The notes beneath the pieces were generated by a model. It ran no database searches, was not told where the DNA came from, and was given only the letters and a program-made list of their open reading frames with translations. Made by a program: the position numbers and the translations under genes. From Candidatus Heimdallarchaeota archaeon (GTDB lineage Archaea > Asgardarchaeota > Heimdallarchaeia > Heimdallarchaeales > Heimdallarchaeaceae), in assembly GCA_018238545.1 (NCBI GenBank), contig JABCTC010000019.1:1-64000 (forward strand): a DNA stretch of 64,000 nt, in the 5' to 3' direction. Shown here piece by piece: positions 20,311 through 30,208 of this stretch (positions within the stretch are counted from its first letter, which is position 1; each line of letters begins with the position of its first letter).

Positions 20311-21672
20311 TCTTCTTTTTACTACTATTTTTCTTCTCCAAATCTTGATTATGAAGACAATCATAATTGGTGTGAGAATCACATAAAAGGGAGATAATGT
20401 GGCATCTGTTATCATATTTACATACTCTCGATCGTTTTCTATTACACTCCAGTTTGTGCTAGCAAGAGCTACCAAACCATACAGACATGATTCACAGGTA
20501 ATGTCTTCCTCACCGACTTTTTCAATAAAACCTTTATTCATCGAGAAGCTTTCTATAATCTCATTTCTCACTTCACTACCTACATTTCCAAAATTCATTA
20601 AATAAGAAATCAAAGTAAAGAGAGCTTGATTTTTAATATAAACTTCCTGATCCGAAGTATTAATGGAGTGAACAAACCATTCAGCATCCACAAAATTATT
20701 TATTATTTGTTGATGATAATAGGAGCTACTGCTCTCAAAATAGGTGGATAATCGCTCTGCTCTAGATAAAGCAACTGTGAAGAAGATTAGATCCTCAACT
20801 AAAGCATAATTTCTACTTTCATTCGTTGAGTGATCATATTCATGATAAAGCGTATAATAAGTGGAATTGAAGAAAAGATCTGATACACCGTTTAGTAAGC
20901 CTTGGATTAAATCTTCAAAATAATATCCATGCACCCAACTGTTCCCTGTTAATAGTTTATATGTTGCAAGTACCCATATTGCCATTGATTGATCTATTAG
21001 ATAGCTCGAATTGCTAATTGGTTGAATAATCAGATATCTTTCATTTGACAAGTAAGATTCAAGAGTTTTTACAAGAATATTCTGTATCATGGTGGAACTT
21101 ATGACCTCTGAACTCGATGGTAGAGTGATTTTGCTTTGAAGTAGAGTATAAATTCCTAAAAACTGATAGAAAATTGACAATGGTTCACTTCGATTATTAT
21201 AAGTAACGAATGTATCATTTTCCAATGTATTTATAATTTGAGAAATTTTGGACTGAAAATCTGCTTGATCATGTTCAAATCCTGCTTGAGATATAAGAGC
21301 ATATGCAAGAGAGGAGAGGATGAGTAGCTCCGATGAAGGAGTTTGTAATGTTTCATTAAGTATTGGAAGTCCACTGCCATCCGTAAAATTTGTTAGTATA
21401 AGATTGATAGTAGTATCAACACTTTCTTGCATGGGATCTCTAATTATTGGATCTGGTATAAGGAAAACAACAGGTAGTACAATCGAGGATATGAGCATAA
21501 GTGAGAGAAGTATCACTAGAACTTTATTTTCTTGTAATAGAAAATGAAACTTTCTTTTTACTCCTTTTCCACTCTTTAATCGCGCTAGATTTTTCTGAGA
21601 TTCTTTCAAGTATTCCCGTGCTTTTTTAATCTCAGATAAAGAATCATCAAGTTTTTGTTTTTTCATATTCAA
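20305..21672 (-). CDS. Membrane protein: basic N-terminal helix, TM, helical (alpha/alpha-toroid-like) ectodomain, C-terminal TM
   Basis: Two TM segments; many N-x-S/T sequons; translationally coupled to the MinD/ParA gene. Confidence 0.7.
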   Translation of the reverse strand: MNMKKQKLDDSLSEIKKAREYLKESQKNLARLKSGKGVKRKFHFLLQENKVLVILLSLMLISSIVLPVVFLIPDPIIRDPMQESVDTTINLILTNFTDGSGLPILNETLQTPSSELLILSSLAYALISQAGFEHDQADFQSKISQIINTLENDTFVTYNNRSEPLSIFYQFLGIYTLLQSKITLPSSSEVISSTMIQNILVKTLESYLSNERYLIIQPISNSSYLIDQSMAIWVLATYKLLTGNSWVHGYYFEDLIQGLLNGVSDLFFNSTYYTLYHEYDHSTNESRNYALVEDLIFFTVALSRAERLSTYFESSSSYYHQQIINNFVDAEWFVHSINTSDQEVYIKNQALFTLISYLMNFGNVGSEVRNEIIESFSMNKGFIEKVGEEDITCESCLYGLVALASTNWSVIENDREYVNMITDATLSPFYVILTPIMIVFIIKIWRRKIVVKRRW

Positions 21673-22445
21673 CCTTTTTCAATTATTTTTATTATATCTT
21701 TAAGCGAATTTAAGAACTCTTCTTGAGGTTGGTCTTCAAAAGCATGAATTCTTTCGCTTAATATGTTAAAGTAAGGTACTTCAACTACTTCGCTAAACTT
21801 GTTATTACCTATTTGTCTCAATTTAACAAGATTTTCTTCAAATATCTCTTTGTCAGCTTCAACACCTTCTTCTTCTATCTTGTTTATAACAAGAATCATT
21901 TTAGTTTCTTCTTGTAACATAGTGTAAATATTGCCACATAATTCTTCTATACCTAGAACATTAGAAGTACTTGGAGTAGCAATAAGCAATATTATATCAG
22001 AAATCATCATTGAATCTATTGAACGATAGAAGAATCCTGGAATTGTATCAATCAACATAAAATCGTACTTCTTCTCAACATTTTTCTGCAAATTGTACAT
22101 TCTTGCTAAATACTTCGCATCATCACGAGACAATTTATCTCTTTGTTTTGAGTGTTGTTTCAAGAACTCCATAGATGAGAATATCAAATCTAGATTTGCT
22201 TTTTCATCGATCTTGCAAGGGAATATTATGTCTCCCAAAGTTTTTTCTTCAAGCAGAAAATGAGATAAGAAGGATTGTTTTGTCATTTTGAAATATGACT
22301 GAAAGGATGGAGCTCGAAGATCATAGTCTACAGCTAAAACTTTCTTTTCTTGTTTTGCTAATATGCCTGCAATGTTCAATAAAAATGTGGTTTTTCCAGT
22401 TCCCCCTTTATAACTGTGTACACAAACTGTTTTCATTCTAATCAC
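21669..22445 (-). CDS. MinD/ParA family ATPase
   Basis: Deviant Walker A KGGTGKTT, VDYDLRAP, LIDT.PG, VINK. Confidence 0.93.
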   Translation of the reverse strand: MIRMKTVCVHSYKGGTGKTTFLLNIAGILAKQEKKVLAVDYDLRAPSFQSYFKMTKQSFLSHFLLEEKTLGDIIFPCKIDEKANLDLIFSSMEFLKQHSKQRDKLSRDDAKYLARMYNLQKNVEKKYDFMLIDTIPGFFYRSIDSMMISDIILLIATPSTSNVLGIEELCGNIYTMLQEETKMILVINKIEEEGVEADKEIFEENLVKLRQIGNNKFSEVVEVPYFNILSERIHAFEDQPQEEFLNSLKDIIKIIEKG

Positions 22446-22788
22446 TTTCTCCTAAAAAGTATCTAACTTCTGTTCCTTTCCAGTTATCCCCTGTATTTGA
22501 AACTGGAACTCTTTTGCTTTGTAAAACACCTATGTCCTTTAATCGCCTAAGGTATCGTGATTCTAAATTATGTGATCTCCCTGTAACTTCAGCAATTTCT
22601 GAACAAGTAGCTTCTTCTAGCGATTGAACTGTAAAATAGGTTTGTAAATGAGATTTAGGTATTTTTGTTAGCAGATCAAGAGATGACATTGGAACTGTTT
22701 CAATAGACAATTTTGATTCTATACTCTTAAGTCGGTTGTTCATCTGTTCTAGTAAATCAACCATTTTTTTCAAGTATTTTTCTTCCAT
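22438..22788 (-). CDS. Winged-HTH DNA-binding protein with N-terminal coiled coil
   Basis: ATCSEIAEVTGRSHNLESRYLRRLKDIG. Confidence 0.85.
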   Translation of the reverse strand: MEEKYLKKMVDLLEQMNNRLKSIESKLSIETVPMSSLDLLTKIPKSHLQTYFTVQSLEEATCSEIAEVTGRSHNLESRYLRRLKDIGVLQSKRVPVSNTGDNWKGTEVRYFLGESD

Positions 22789-22826
22789 TAATAGTGTATA
22801 TAATTTACTGAATTATAAATATTCCT

Positions 22827-22918
22827 ACATATTGCGACATATTGATATATAAAGGAAACGCCATTATTAGAACAAAGTTTAAATAGTTCGTAATATAATG
22901 ATATATTGATATATAATG
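22827..22918. promoter_or_regulatory. Repeated AT-rich motif in the divergent promoter; candidate operator
   Basis: ACATATTG at 22827 and 22837; ATATTGATATATAA at 22839 and 22903. Confidence 0.4.
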
Positions 22919-25036
22919 AAATTGAATAGAAAAAGTATAGTGGTTTTAGTATTGGTGCTTGGAAGTTTATTTTTGTCAAGCATTAAAGTTAACGGAATAC
23001 AGGAGTCTGTAGATGTAGTGATTCAGACCACTGAAGAAGATACAAATATTTTACATAATGTAACTGTTGAAATGATAACAGATCTAGATTCACATAGAGA
23101 AGACAAAATCCCTAGTATTTTACCGGATGGAACATTTACAGCTCAATTTAATGTGACAAACTTGTCAAATCTAGATTTAAATGCTCTTGAACTATCAATT
23201 TCTACTAATGATTATGGATCCATCATGAATCCAACTGTTTCGACAACAAGTAGTTTAGAACGTGACGAATCTTGGTTATCTGAAGGATACATTATCGATT
23301 TAATAACGTCCAGTACAACTGTGTCAAAACCACTAGATTTAGCAATAATACTCGATCAATCAGGTTCAATGGGAGATGAAATCTATGCACTTACTAATGA
23401 TTTAGTTGGAGTGGTCAATCAGATTAGTGATGATGTTCAGGATTTACAAATTGGGTTAATACTCTTTGGAGGATCTTCTTCCAATCCTTACAATGATGAT
23501 TCACTTGTCACTCCTCTAACTGAGGACATATCCACCATAGTGGGTGTTCTAAGCAATACACATGCAAGCGGGGGCCATGAGCCGTGGGGAGACGCTTTGT
23601 GGGTTGCTCAAAACAGATTAAATTGGAGAGAAGGTGCAGTGAAGTTAATAATCCTCATTACTGACGAGCCGTGTGATGGAGGAGAGGTTATTGGTTATGG
23701 TGAAACAGATGACTATGATGGGGAGCTGCTTTATGAATTGTTTGCTAGTTTGGAATCTCAAGGATTTATTTTATGTACAGTAGCTGCAAGTGGTGCAAAT
23801 GGATTAACACTTCGACAATTAGAAAGTGCTGCAGAAACAACAGCTGGAACATTCATAGTTCTAGGGGGAGATGGACAACAAACTGGTGATCTCCCAGACA
23901 TTATCGGAGAATTAATCGTAAAATATGCAGTAGAGTTAGATCTTAAGATAGACGTATCTCTAAGCCATCTTAATTACGAAGAAATTAGAGAATATAGAGA
24001 ATTAACATTTGTCGTACTGATAGATGATTTACCACCAGAAATTGATACCTGGGAATATTTTAGTGAGGATTTCTTCACTGATGATAAGATTGTTAATGTC
24101 TTATTTGAGATTAAAGATGTAACAGGAGTCCCATTTGTTGAGATATATTACAAATTCAATAATGTTAATTTTTGGACAACAACTAATGCAACTCATATAG
24201 CTAATGACACATTTCTATTATCTTTAATCTTTACAGAATATGAAGAAATTCTATATTACCAAGTTTATACGGAGGATTGGTTGGGTAATGATGTTCTCAC
24301 GGAAATCTATACTGTTGACTTACTGTCTGCAGAGGAGTCTTCTAGATTATATATGGGTAAAAAGAGAGAGCTTGTATTAGTTCCTTACCAACAAATCACC
24401 TTAAAGCTAATAGGTGCAGAAGATGAAGAATTAAGAGGTCTTCAAGAGAATGCCTCAGCAATAATTTTCTCTGAAACTGATGTAGGATTCGACATTATTG
24501 CAGCAGATATGGATGAATCAACCATTATAGTTGATCAAGACAATTGCACAATTACAAGTTTCAATATAGAACCTGAACATACAATAAAAGTATCGTTTGT
24601 CTCATCTGAATACGTTGAAATTCAGGTAATAAATGCTATCAAGGAGACATTAGAATTCACTCAAGAAATAAATAGGTATCTTGGAGTTGAAGATGTTTTT
24701 CTATATGAGTTAGATAACAGAATAAACGAAACTAGAGAACGGAGTATAGTTGCAGATTCTGAGCTTGTTCAGACAAGCATTCTAGTTTTTGATGCAGAGA
24801 CATGGGAATTGCTTATTAAAGGTAGCTCAGAGGTTGTTTTACCAAATATTACTTGCTATGTATTAATCTTTGCAACGTATCATACAGGAGACATATTTAT
24901 CACCTTTACGTATGATGATCTCTACGACCCTTGGGGGCATTACTATGGAATAACGGAAACAGCTTATTGGTCATTCTTTGCTGCTATAATAGGAATTGCT
25001 AGTATAATCATTTTAAGAAAAAAACAGAGAAAGTGA
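22916..25036 (+). CDS. Cell-surface VWA-domain protein with C-terminal TM anchor
   Basis: Signal peptide; MIDAS DQSGS, GGHEP, LITDEP; C-terminal TM + RKKQRK. Confidence 0.88.
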   Translation: MKLNRKSIVVLVLVLGSLFLSSIKVNGIQESVDVVIQTTEEDTNILHNVTVEMITDLDSHREDKIPSILPDGTFTAQFNVTNLSNLDLNALELSISTNDYGSIMNPTVSTTSSLERDESWLSEGYIIDLITSSTTVSKPLDLAIILDQSGSMGDEIYALTNDLVGVVNQISDDVQDLQIGLILFGGSSSNPYNDDSLVTPLTEDISTIVGVLSNTHASGGHEPWGDALWVAQNRLNWREGAVKLIILITDEPCDGGEVIGYGETDDYDGELLYELFASLESQGFILCTVAASGANGLTLRQLESAAETTAGTFIVLGGDGQQTGDLPDIIGELIVKYAVELDLKIDVSLSHLNYEEIREYRELTFVVLIDDLPPEIDTWEYFSEDFFTDDKIVNVLFEIKDVTGVPFVEIYYKFNNVNFWTTTNATHIANDTFLLSLIFTEYEEILYYQVYTEDWLGNDVLTEIYTVDLLSAEESSRLYMGKKRELVLVPYQQITLKLIGAEDEELRGLQENASAIIFSETDVGFDIIAADMDESTIIVDQDNCTITSFNIEPEHTIKVSFVSSEYVEIQVINAIKETLEFTQEINRYLGVEDVFLYELDNRINETRERSIVADSELVQTSILVFDAETWELLIKGSSEVVLPNITCYVLIFATYHTGDIFITFTYDDLYDPWGHYYGITETAYWSFFAAIIGIASIIILRKKQRK

Positions 25037-25040
25037 TAAA

Positions 25041-26348
25041 ATGAAAACCTCAAAAATCCTCTCTTTCTTTTTTGTTTTGACACTAGTATTAGTGGTATTC
25101 ATTAATGTTAGAACATTAGAAGCTAATGATCAAATTGATGAAATTACAGGAGAGTTTTTTTCCAAAAGGGTTGATTATGAGCATAATAACTCTCTAGTTT
25201 ATGTTTTTGTTGATGGAGAAGAATTGAAATTCAATATTCAATGTGATATGTGGCATAACATTGTAGGATCAGGATATCAAGGGTTGTTAATTGAAATTAA
25301 AGATGATATCACAGACGAAATTATAAAGAGTTGGTTAATTTTGTATGGTGATAAAGTTGATCATCACTTCACTTCAGAACTTGTGCTCACAGGAGTTTAT
25401 CAGATTATATTTTCTGCACTCAACATAGACTTAGTTGACTTCCGCTGGCAAGTCGAAAATAACATCGCAATTTGGATTTATGAAATATCAATAAATAATT
25501 TAGAGAACATATATTTTGGAATTGAACGGTTTGCAGAGTACTACTCAAGCATAGATAAGATGGTTATAGAATTGACCACTCAAGAGTGGACTGATATTGA
25601 GTATTCTGTTTCATTTGGAACTATTGACAATCAGATATATGAAAACTTTGTTGGGAATTTTAGTTTTGAAAGAAACATTGTAGAATCATTGAACATTGAA
25701 GAAGGGTTGAAACCACACCAATGGTATAAAATCAGTTTTAATTGCCCTATTGACAAAAATGACAGTTTAATAACCTTCAAACTGTTCTATGACCATGAAC
25801 AACTTGAGAATACAGCTAGAATCTTTCTCTCAAGAGGAAATGCAGAATTAGATGAAATTCCTTTGAACACATTACATGCTCATCCAAGTTTTCTCTGGGA
25901 AAAACAGGAACCATTTTTACCTGGACCATACCCACCAAATCCGTATAATCCCATTGACACTGTCAAGTACATTCTCATCGCGGCTTATCTATTCATAGGT
26001 ACAGTAACATTTTCTTGGGTTGTAATCAAATCTCTAAAAGATAAGAAGAAGAAGGATAATAGAAGTGATGTAGCATCTGATAAATATAATGCGATTGAAA
26101 ATAACACCGTAAAATATTCACCTGAAACCAACTATTCGGTAAATTTTCGGGCTGTAACACCTGAATACAATCTTGTTACAGATTCAGATATTAAGGTAAC
26201 TTGTTCGATTTGTCTTCAAATAATACATAACCAAGATATCATCCGTTGTCCCTCTTGTGATATTGCGTTTCACAAAAATCACTTGTATGAATGGCTGAAA
26301 ATGAACGGGAAATGCCCTGCATGTAAAGTAAAATTGCGAATTATTTAG
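25041..26348 (+). CDS. Type-I membrane protein with cytoplasmic RING finger (putative E3 ligase)
   Basis: Signal peptide, ectodomain, TM, KDKKKK, then CSIC...CPSC...HKNHLYEWLKMNGKCPAC. Confidence 0.82.
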   Translation: MKTSKILSFFFVLTLVLVVFINVRTLEANDQIDEITGEFFSKRVDYEHNNSLVYVFVDGEELKFNIQCDMWHNIVGSGYQGLLIEIKDDITDEIIKSWLILYGDKVDHHFTSELVLTGVYQIIFSALNIDLVDFRWQVENNIAIWIYEISINNLENIYFGIERFAEYYSSIDKMVIELTTQEWTDIEYSVSFGTIDNQIYENFVGNFSFERNIVESLNIEEGLKPHQWYKISFNCPIDKNDSLITFKLFYDHEQLENTARIFLSRGNAELDEIPLNTLHAHPSFLWEKQEPFLPGPYPPNPYNPIDTVKYILIAAYLFIGTVTFSWVVIKSLKDKKKKDNRSDVASDKYNAIENNTVKYSPETNYSVNFRAVTPEYNLVTDSDIKVTCSICLQIIHNQDIIRCPSCDIAFHKNHLYEWLKMNGKCPACKVKLRII

Positions 26349-26485
26349 AGTTGTTACTCTTTTACTTAAAAATCAGATTCATTGATAGAGAGATTTGTTT
26401 ATTATTTTCAACAAAGACTTACTGTACTTATGTTAGGTTTTTTAAACTCTTCAAAGGAAGTGACAACAATATTAGAGTGATTACA

Positions 26486-26719
26486 ATGACACAATCGGCT
26501 TACATCTTGCTAAATGTTCAACAAGGAATGCTTGAAGCTGTTCAAGATGGTTTACATGAAATGAAAGAAGTTACAGAAGTATATGCTGTATATGGGATTT
26601 ATGATCTTATTGTGAAAATTGAATTTGAATCCATGGATGAATTGAAGAATCAAGTTTTGAACAATAACATTATTATCGAGGGAGTTAAGAATTCAATGAC
26701 AATGATTTGTGTCAATTAA
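26486..26719 (+). CDS. Stand-alone Lrp/AsnC ligand-binding (RAM) domain protein
   Basis: AYILLNV...VYGIYDLIVKIE; probable start MTQSAY at 26486. Confidence 0.85.
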   Translation: MTQSAYILLNVQQGMLEAVQDGLHEMKEVTEVYAVYGIYDLIVKIEFESMDELKNQVLNNNIIIEGVKNSMTMICVN

Positions 26720-27921
26720 CTCTTGTAAGAATTTAGAGATTTAGAGAGGATAGTATGTATTCTTTCTACTAGCACAGTTGCAGGAATATCAAACGTAGTA
26801 ATTTTTGCTCTCCTTCCGCGTTTACCTTCTTGTATAGGTCCGACGGTTTTCCCAATAATTCCTACTTTGTGTAGAGTTTCAACAGCACTTCTGAAAGTGG
26901 ATTTACCTCTTATTTCTTCATTGTATTCTTCACAACAAAGAACATAACTTTCGTAACTATCGTCAACTGTTGTCGATGTAATTCCTTTTGTGGAAAGTTT
27001 TCTAGCAACACCTAAAGCTGCAAGTAGCTCATGTTGTCTTAAATCTTTTAACACGTCTCTTCTTAATTCAGGATACACGTCAGCTCTTGCAGCACGAATA
27101 TATTCAGGATTGATGAATGACTCATGTTTAAGATCAGCAAGTTTACCTGAACGATAAAGTATTTCTAATCCATGTCTAGCATTTTGAGAGGATGCACAGA
27201 TATCTGCTATCAAATTAATGGTTTCATCAGAATAAGAAGTGGGGTATAGGGCGGTTTGAGCTCGATACTCTAAGATTTGAAGCAGTTTATCCCTATCATA
27301 ACCAGGCAAGTCGATTTGATCATGAATATGTCCAGACAATGGCACGTTAAGCAAAGAGCGCCACTCAATTGGTCTTGAAATCACAATTGTTGATATCATG
27401 GATTGTTCAGATCCAAAGTATTCTCCCGCATGAAAGATGCTCAAAATGTCTTCTGAGTTTAGCATATTAGCTTCGTCAATACCAATGATCAAGCGAATTT
27501 TCTCTCTTGTTAACCTTTTAACTAGCATGTCGAGAATTTCTTCGTCGCTAAATCCACGGGATTGAATATGGAAATGCTCTGAAAGGATATTTCTTAGGAT
27601 AGCGGTTTTACTTCGAAATGAATGGCAATTGTAATAAAGGAATTTTACGTTGATGTTTCTATTATTAGCAGCTTCTTCGAATCGTTTCATAGTATATTTA
27701 CATAAGGCAGTTTTTCCCATTCCTGCGTCTCCTACGATAGCAACATTAACAGAAAAAGATCCTTCTTGCCCTAGTAAGGACCTGAAGTTTCTTACTAATC
27801 GCTCTATTTCTTCTTCTCTAGTAGGTAATTCTATTGGTACATACTCAGGATAAAGAGTAGATTCACTTTTGAAAATAGATTTCCCAAACATTGCATTCTC
27901 GACATTACCAAATCCAGACAT
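26716..27921 (-). CDS. cdc6: Orc1/Cdc6 replication initiation protein
   Basis: IFK...L.PEYVP.ELP.REEEI, Walker A GDAGMGKT, Walker B IDEA, NAR sensor, C-terminal wHTH; probable start MSGFG at 27921. Confidence 0.95.
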   Translation of the reverse strand: MSGFGNVENAMFGKSIFKSESTLYPEYVPIELPTREEEIERLVRNFRSLLGQEGSFSVNVAIVGDAGMGKTALCKYTMKRFEEAANNRNINVKFLYYNCHSFRSKTAILRNILSEHFHIQSRGFSDEEILDMLVKRLTREKIRLIIGIDEANMLNSEDILSIFHAGEYFGSEQSMISTIVISRPIEWRSLLNVPLSGHIHDQIDLPGYDRDKLLQILEYRAQTALYPTSYSDETINLIADICASSQNARHGLEILYRSGKLADLKHESFINPEYIRAARADVYPELRRDVLKDLRQHELLAALGVARKLSTKGITSTTVDDSYESYVLCCEEYNEEIRGKSTFRSAVETLHKVGIIGKTVGPIQEGKRGRRAKITTFDIPATVLVERIHTILSKSLNSYKS

Positions 27922-28044
27922 AGATATCCCTTTAACAAAAATAAATGATGCTTGTAATAAAAAATCTTCCGCTTGAATTAATTTACAATTAGATAACCTG
28001 TGTAATATTTGGACAATGGCAAATTTTTTTAAAACAAAATCCCT

Positions 28045-28515
28045 ATGATAAACAATCTCATGAACGATAATGGAATGAAAAGTGATGAAATAAAGGTTCA
28101 TCTGATTGATTTTGATGATGTCCCAGCTCATGCTTTTCCGTTTTTCACTTCCTATCGAATGTTCTTTGATGAAGAGATCAGATGTTATGGATTCTTTCAA
28201 AACGAGGAAATAGTTGCAGTTACAGCTATAATTCCTGATGATCCAAATTCAGAGAGTATCTTCATGTCTGTAGGCTGTCCTATCGTTTACGTCTTTGAAG
28301 TTCGCGAAGACTTGAGAAGAAAAGGGATTGGGCAAATGAGCGCAGAAATTCTTATTCGAGATGTAATCGATAGCGATACAGTTCAGTTATGTTGTTCCCC
28401 CTTTGTTACTCCTTTCTGGCAAAAAATCGGTTTTAATATTTCCTTTTTTGATCAATCGCTCTACATGCATAGAATGGTTTTGAAAAAGGAGAAAAAAGAA
28501 GATTTAGAGGACTAA
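28045..28515 (+). CDS. GNAT family N-acetyltransferase
   Basis: FEVREDLRRKGIG motif A; FWQKIGF. Confidence 0.85.
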   Translation: MINNLMNDNGMKSDEIKVHLIDFDDVPAHAFPFFTSYRMFFDEEIRCYGFFQNEEIVAVTAIIPDDPNSESIFMSVGCPIVYVFEVREDLRRKGIGQMSAEILIRDVIDSDTVQLCCSPFVTPFWQKIGFNISFFDQSLYMHRMVLKKEKKEDLED

Positions 28516-28518
28516 AAT

Positions 28519-30042
28519 CTAGGCTCTAGGTCCAGAAGATATTCTCTTCAAAATCATACCTTCTAATACGTAGGGAGACAAATTTGTTGCAAGATTTAAT
28601 GCTTCAGTAAGTCTTCCTTCACTATCAGAATATATGGTCATTAATTTATCATCCTTCTTGCAGAAATCTCCGCTTTTCTTATGAAGATAGACACCAGCTT
28701 TTTTATGGCTTGGAGTTCCTGCTGCGTAAGCAATTTTCTTAACAGCTACATTAGATAGTCTTACAATATAACCATCTTTAGGAGCTAGGACGTCTACGGT
28801 ATATTCTCCAACTTCAACTTCTTCTGGCTTGATATTGGGGTTTCCTCCTTGAACTGCTAGAATTTCTTCCATTTTTGTTTTTGCTTTACCTTTTTTAATA
28901 AAGTCACCAGCTAAGGTTGCTCCTTGACCTGCAGTAGCTAAACCTGCCATTTCGAAAAGGATCCCAGAAAGTTCATTACTTTTCTCGAGAACACTTGTAG
29001 GACCATTACCAAGAAGAACATCTAATGCTTCCCTAGCTTCCAAAGCAGGACCAATAGCTTTTCCAAGAGGTTGTTCTCCATAACTCAAAGCAGCTTCTAT
29101 GTGTATTCCGAGTCTTCTTCCCAATTCAGTAGATTCTTGTGCATATTGAATAGCTGATTCTCTTGTTGGCATTTTTGACCCAGTTCCAGTAGGAATATCT
29201 AATACAAGATGATCAACTCCAGTAGAAACTTTCTTACTGAAGATGCTTGCTAACATTTGACTATGAGGATCAATACCAAGAGGTTGTTCAATCTTATGAA
29301 TTACAATTTCATCTAGAGGGGACAAATCTAAAGTACCACCCCAAACAAGCATTCCCCGTACCTTAGGAGCTAGTTCTAGAATCTCATCGGATGAAAAATT
29401 CACATTACAAAGAACTTCCATTGTATCAGCTGTTCCACTTGGGGATGTGATTGCGCGTGAACTAGTTTTTGGAATTAATAGTCCTGCAGCTGCAACAGTT
29501 GGAACGATTATTAGTGAAACTTTATTTCCAGGAATTCCCCCAATTGAATGTTTGTCATACACTGGTTCGTCAAAATCTATAGTTGTTCCAAATTCAGCCA
29601 TAGATTGTGTTAAATATTGGATTTCATTCATATCTAGTCCTTTGTAATATTGAGCAAGTGTGAACATGGCAAGTTCTAAGTCTGTATATTGACCAACACA
29701 GATATCACTGACAATTGATCGAATATTGCTTTCAGTCCAAATCTTTCCAATTTGTTTATTCTTAATAAATTCGAGTGATGCTGGTCGTTTTCTAGCAAAA
29801 ACGTTGACTTTCTTATTCACTTTACTCCTTAATTTTGTAATAAGTTCATCAGAGAGACCGATAAAACCAGGTTCAACAAGAGTATCTGTAGAAATTACTT
29901 CACTCATAACTTCAGAATTTTCGCTTTTAATTTTAACATTAGCAGATGGTTGTATTTTATACTTATCTAGCGTCTTAACATTAACAAATGCTAAAGAACG
30001 TTCTATATTAATATCAATTTTTTGGATCTTTAAATTAGGCAT
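28519..30042 (-). CDS. deoA: AMP phosphorylase (archaeal thymidine phosphorylase family)
   Basis: DKHSIGGIPGNK, PKTSSRAITSPSGTADTMEV, GPALEAREAL; archaeal N-terminal extension. Confidence 0.95.
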   Translation of the reverse strand: MPNLKIQKIDINIERSLAFVNVKTLDKYKIQPSANVKIKSENSEVMSEVISTDTLVEPGFIGLSDELITKLRSKVNKKVNVFARKRPASLEFIKNKQIGKIWTESNIRSIVSDICVGQYTDLELAMFTLAQYYKGLDMNEIQYLTQSMAEFGTTIDFDEPVYDKHSIGGIPGNKVSLIIVPTVAAAGLLIPKTSSRAITSPSGTADTMEVLCNVNFSSDEILELAPKVRGMLVWGGTLDLSPLDEIVIHKIEQPLGIDPHSQMLASIFSKKVSTGVDHLVLDIPTGTGSKMPTRESAIQYAQESTELGRRLGIHIEAALSYGEQPLGKAIGPALEAREALDVLLGNGPTSVLEKSNELSGILFEMAGLATAGQGATLAGDFIKKGKAKTKMEEILAVQGGNPNIKPEEVEVGEYTVDVLAPKDGYIVRLSNVAVKKIAYAAGTPSHKKAGVYLHKKSGDFCKKDDKLMTIYSDSEGRLTEALNLATNLSPYVLEGMILKRISSGPRA

Positions 30043-30208
30043 AATTATCCCTTTCCAGTAAAAACTAACTAAGGTAGTTTATCATGTAATTTTCTTTTGG
30101 AATAAAAAAACTGTCTTTTTTACTTTTAATGTTTTCGTTTTTGTTGAAAAATAAAAGAAATGGGCATAAAAATAACATAGAGAATAAATTGAAGAGTAAA
30201 GAGAGAAT

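Noticed and set aside
20206-20397. 63-aa Cys-rich ORF
   Set aside because: Overlaps the tRNA-Pro gene and the opposite-strand CDS; spurious.
20305-26350. Integrated element at tRNA-Pro
   Set aside because: No integrase, and I saw no duplicated tRNA 3' end (att site) in the window.
26716-28200. Replication origin next to cdc6, and the 494-aa ORF length
   Set aside because: No ORB/mini-ORB repeats are visible in the flanks (one weak TTTCCAGTAAAAAC near 30052 is insufficient). The N-terminal 93 aa overlap the divergent GNAT gene, so the start was moved to 27921.
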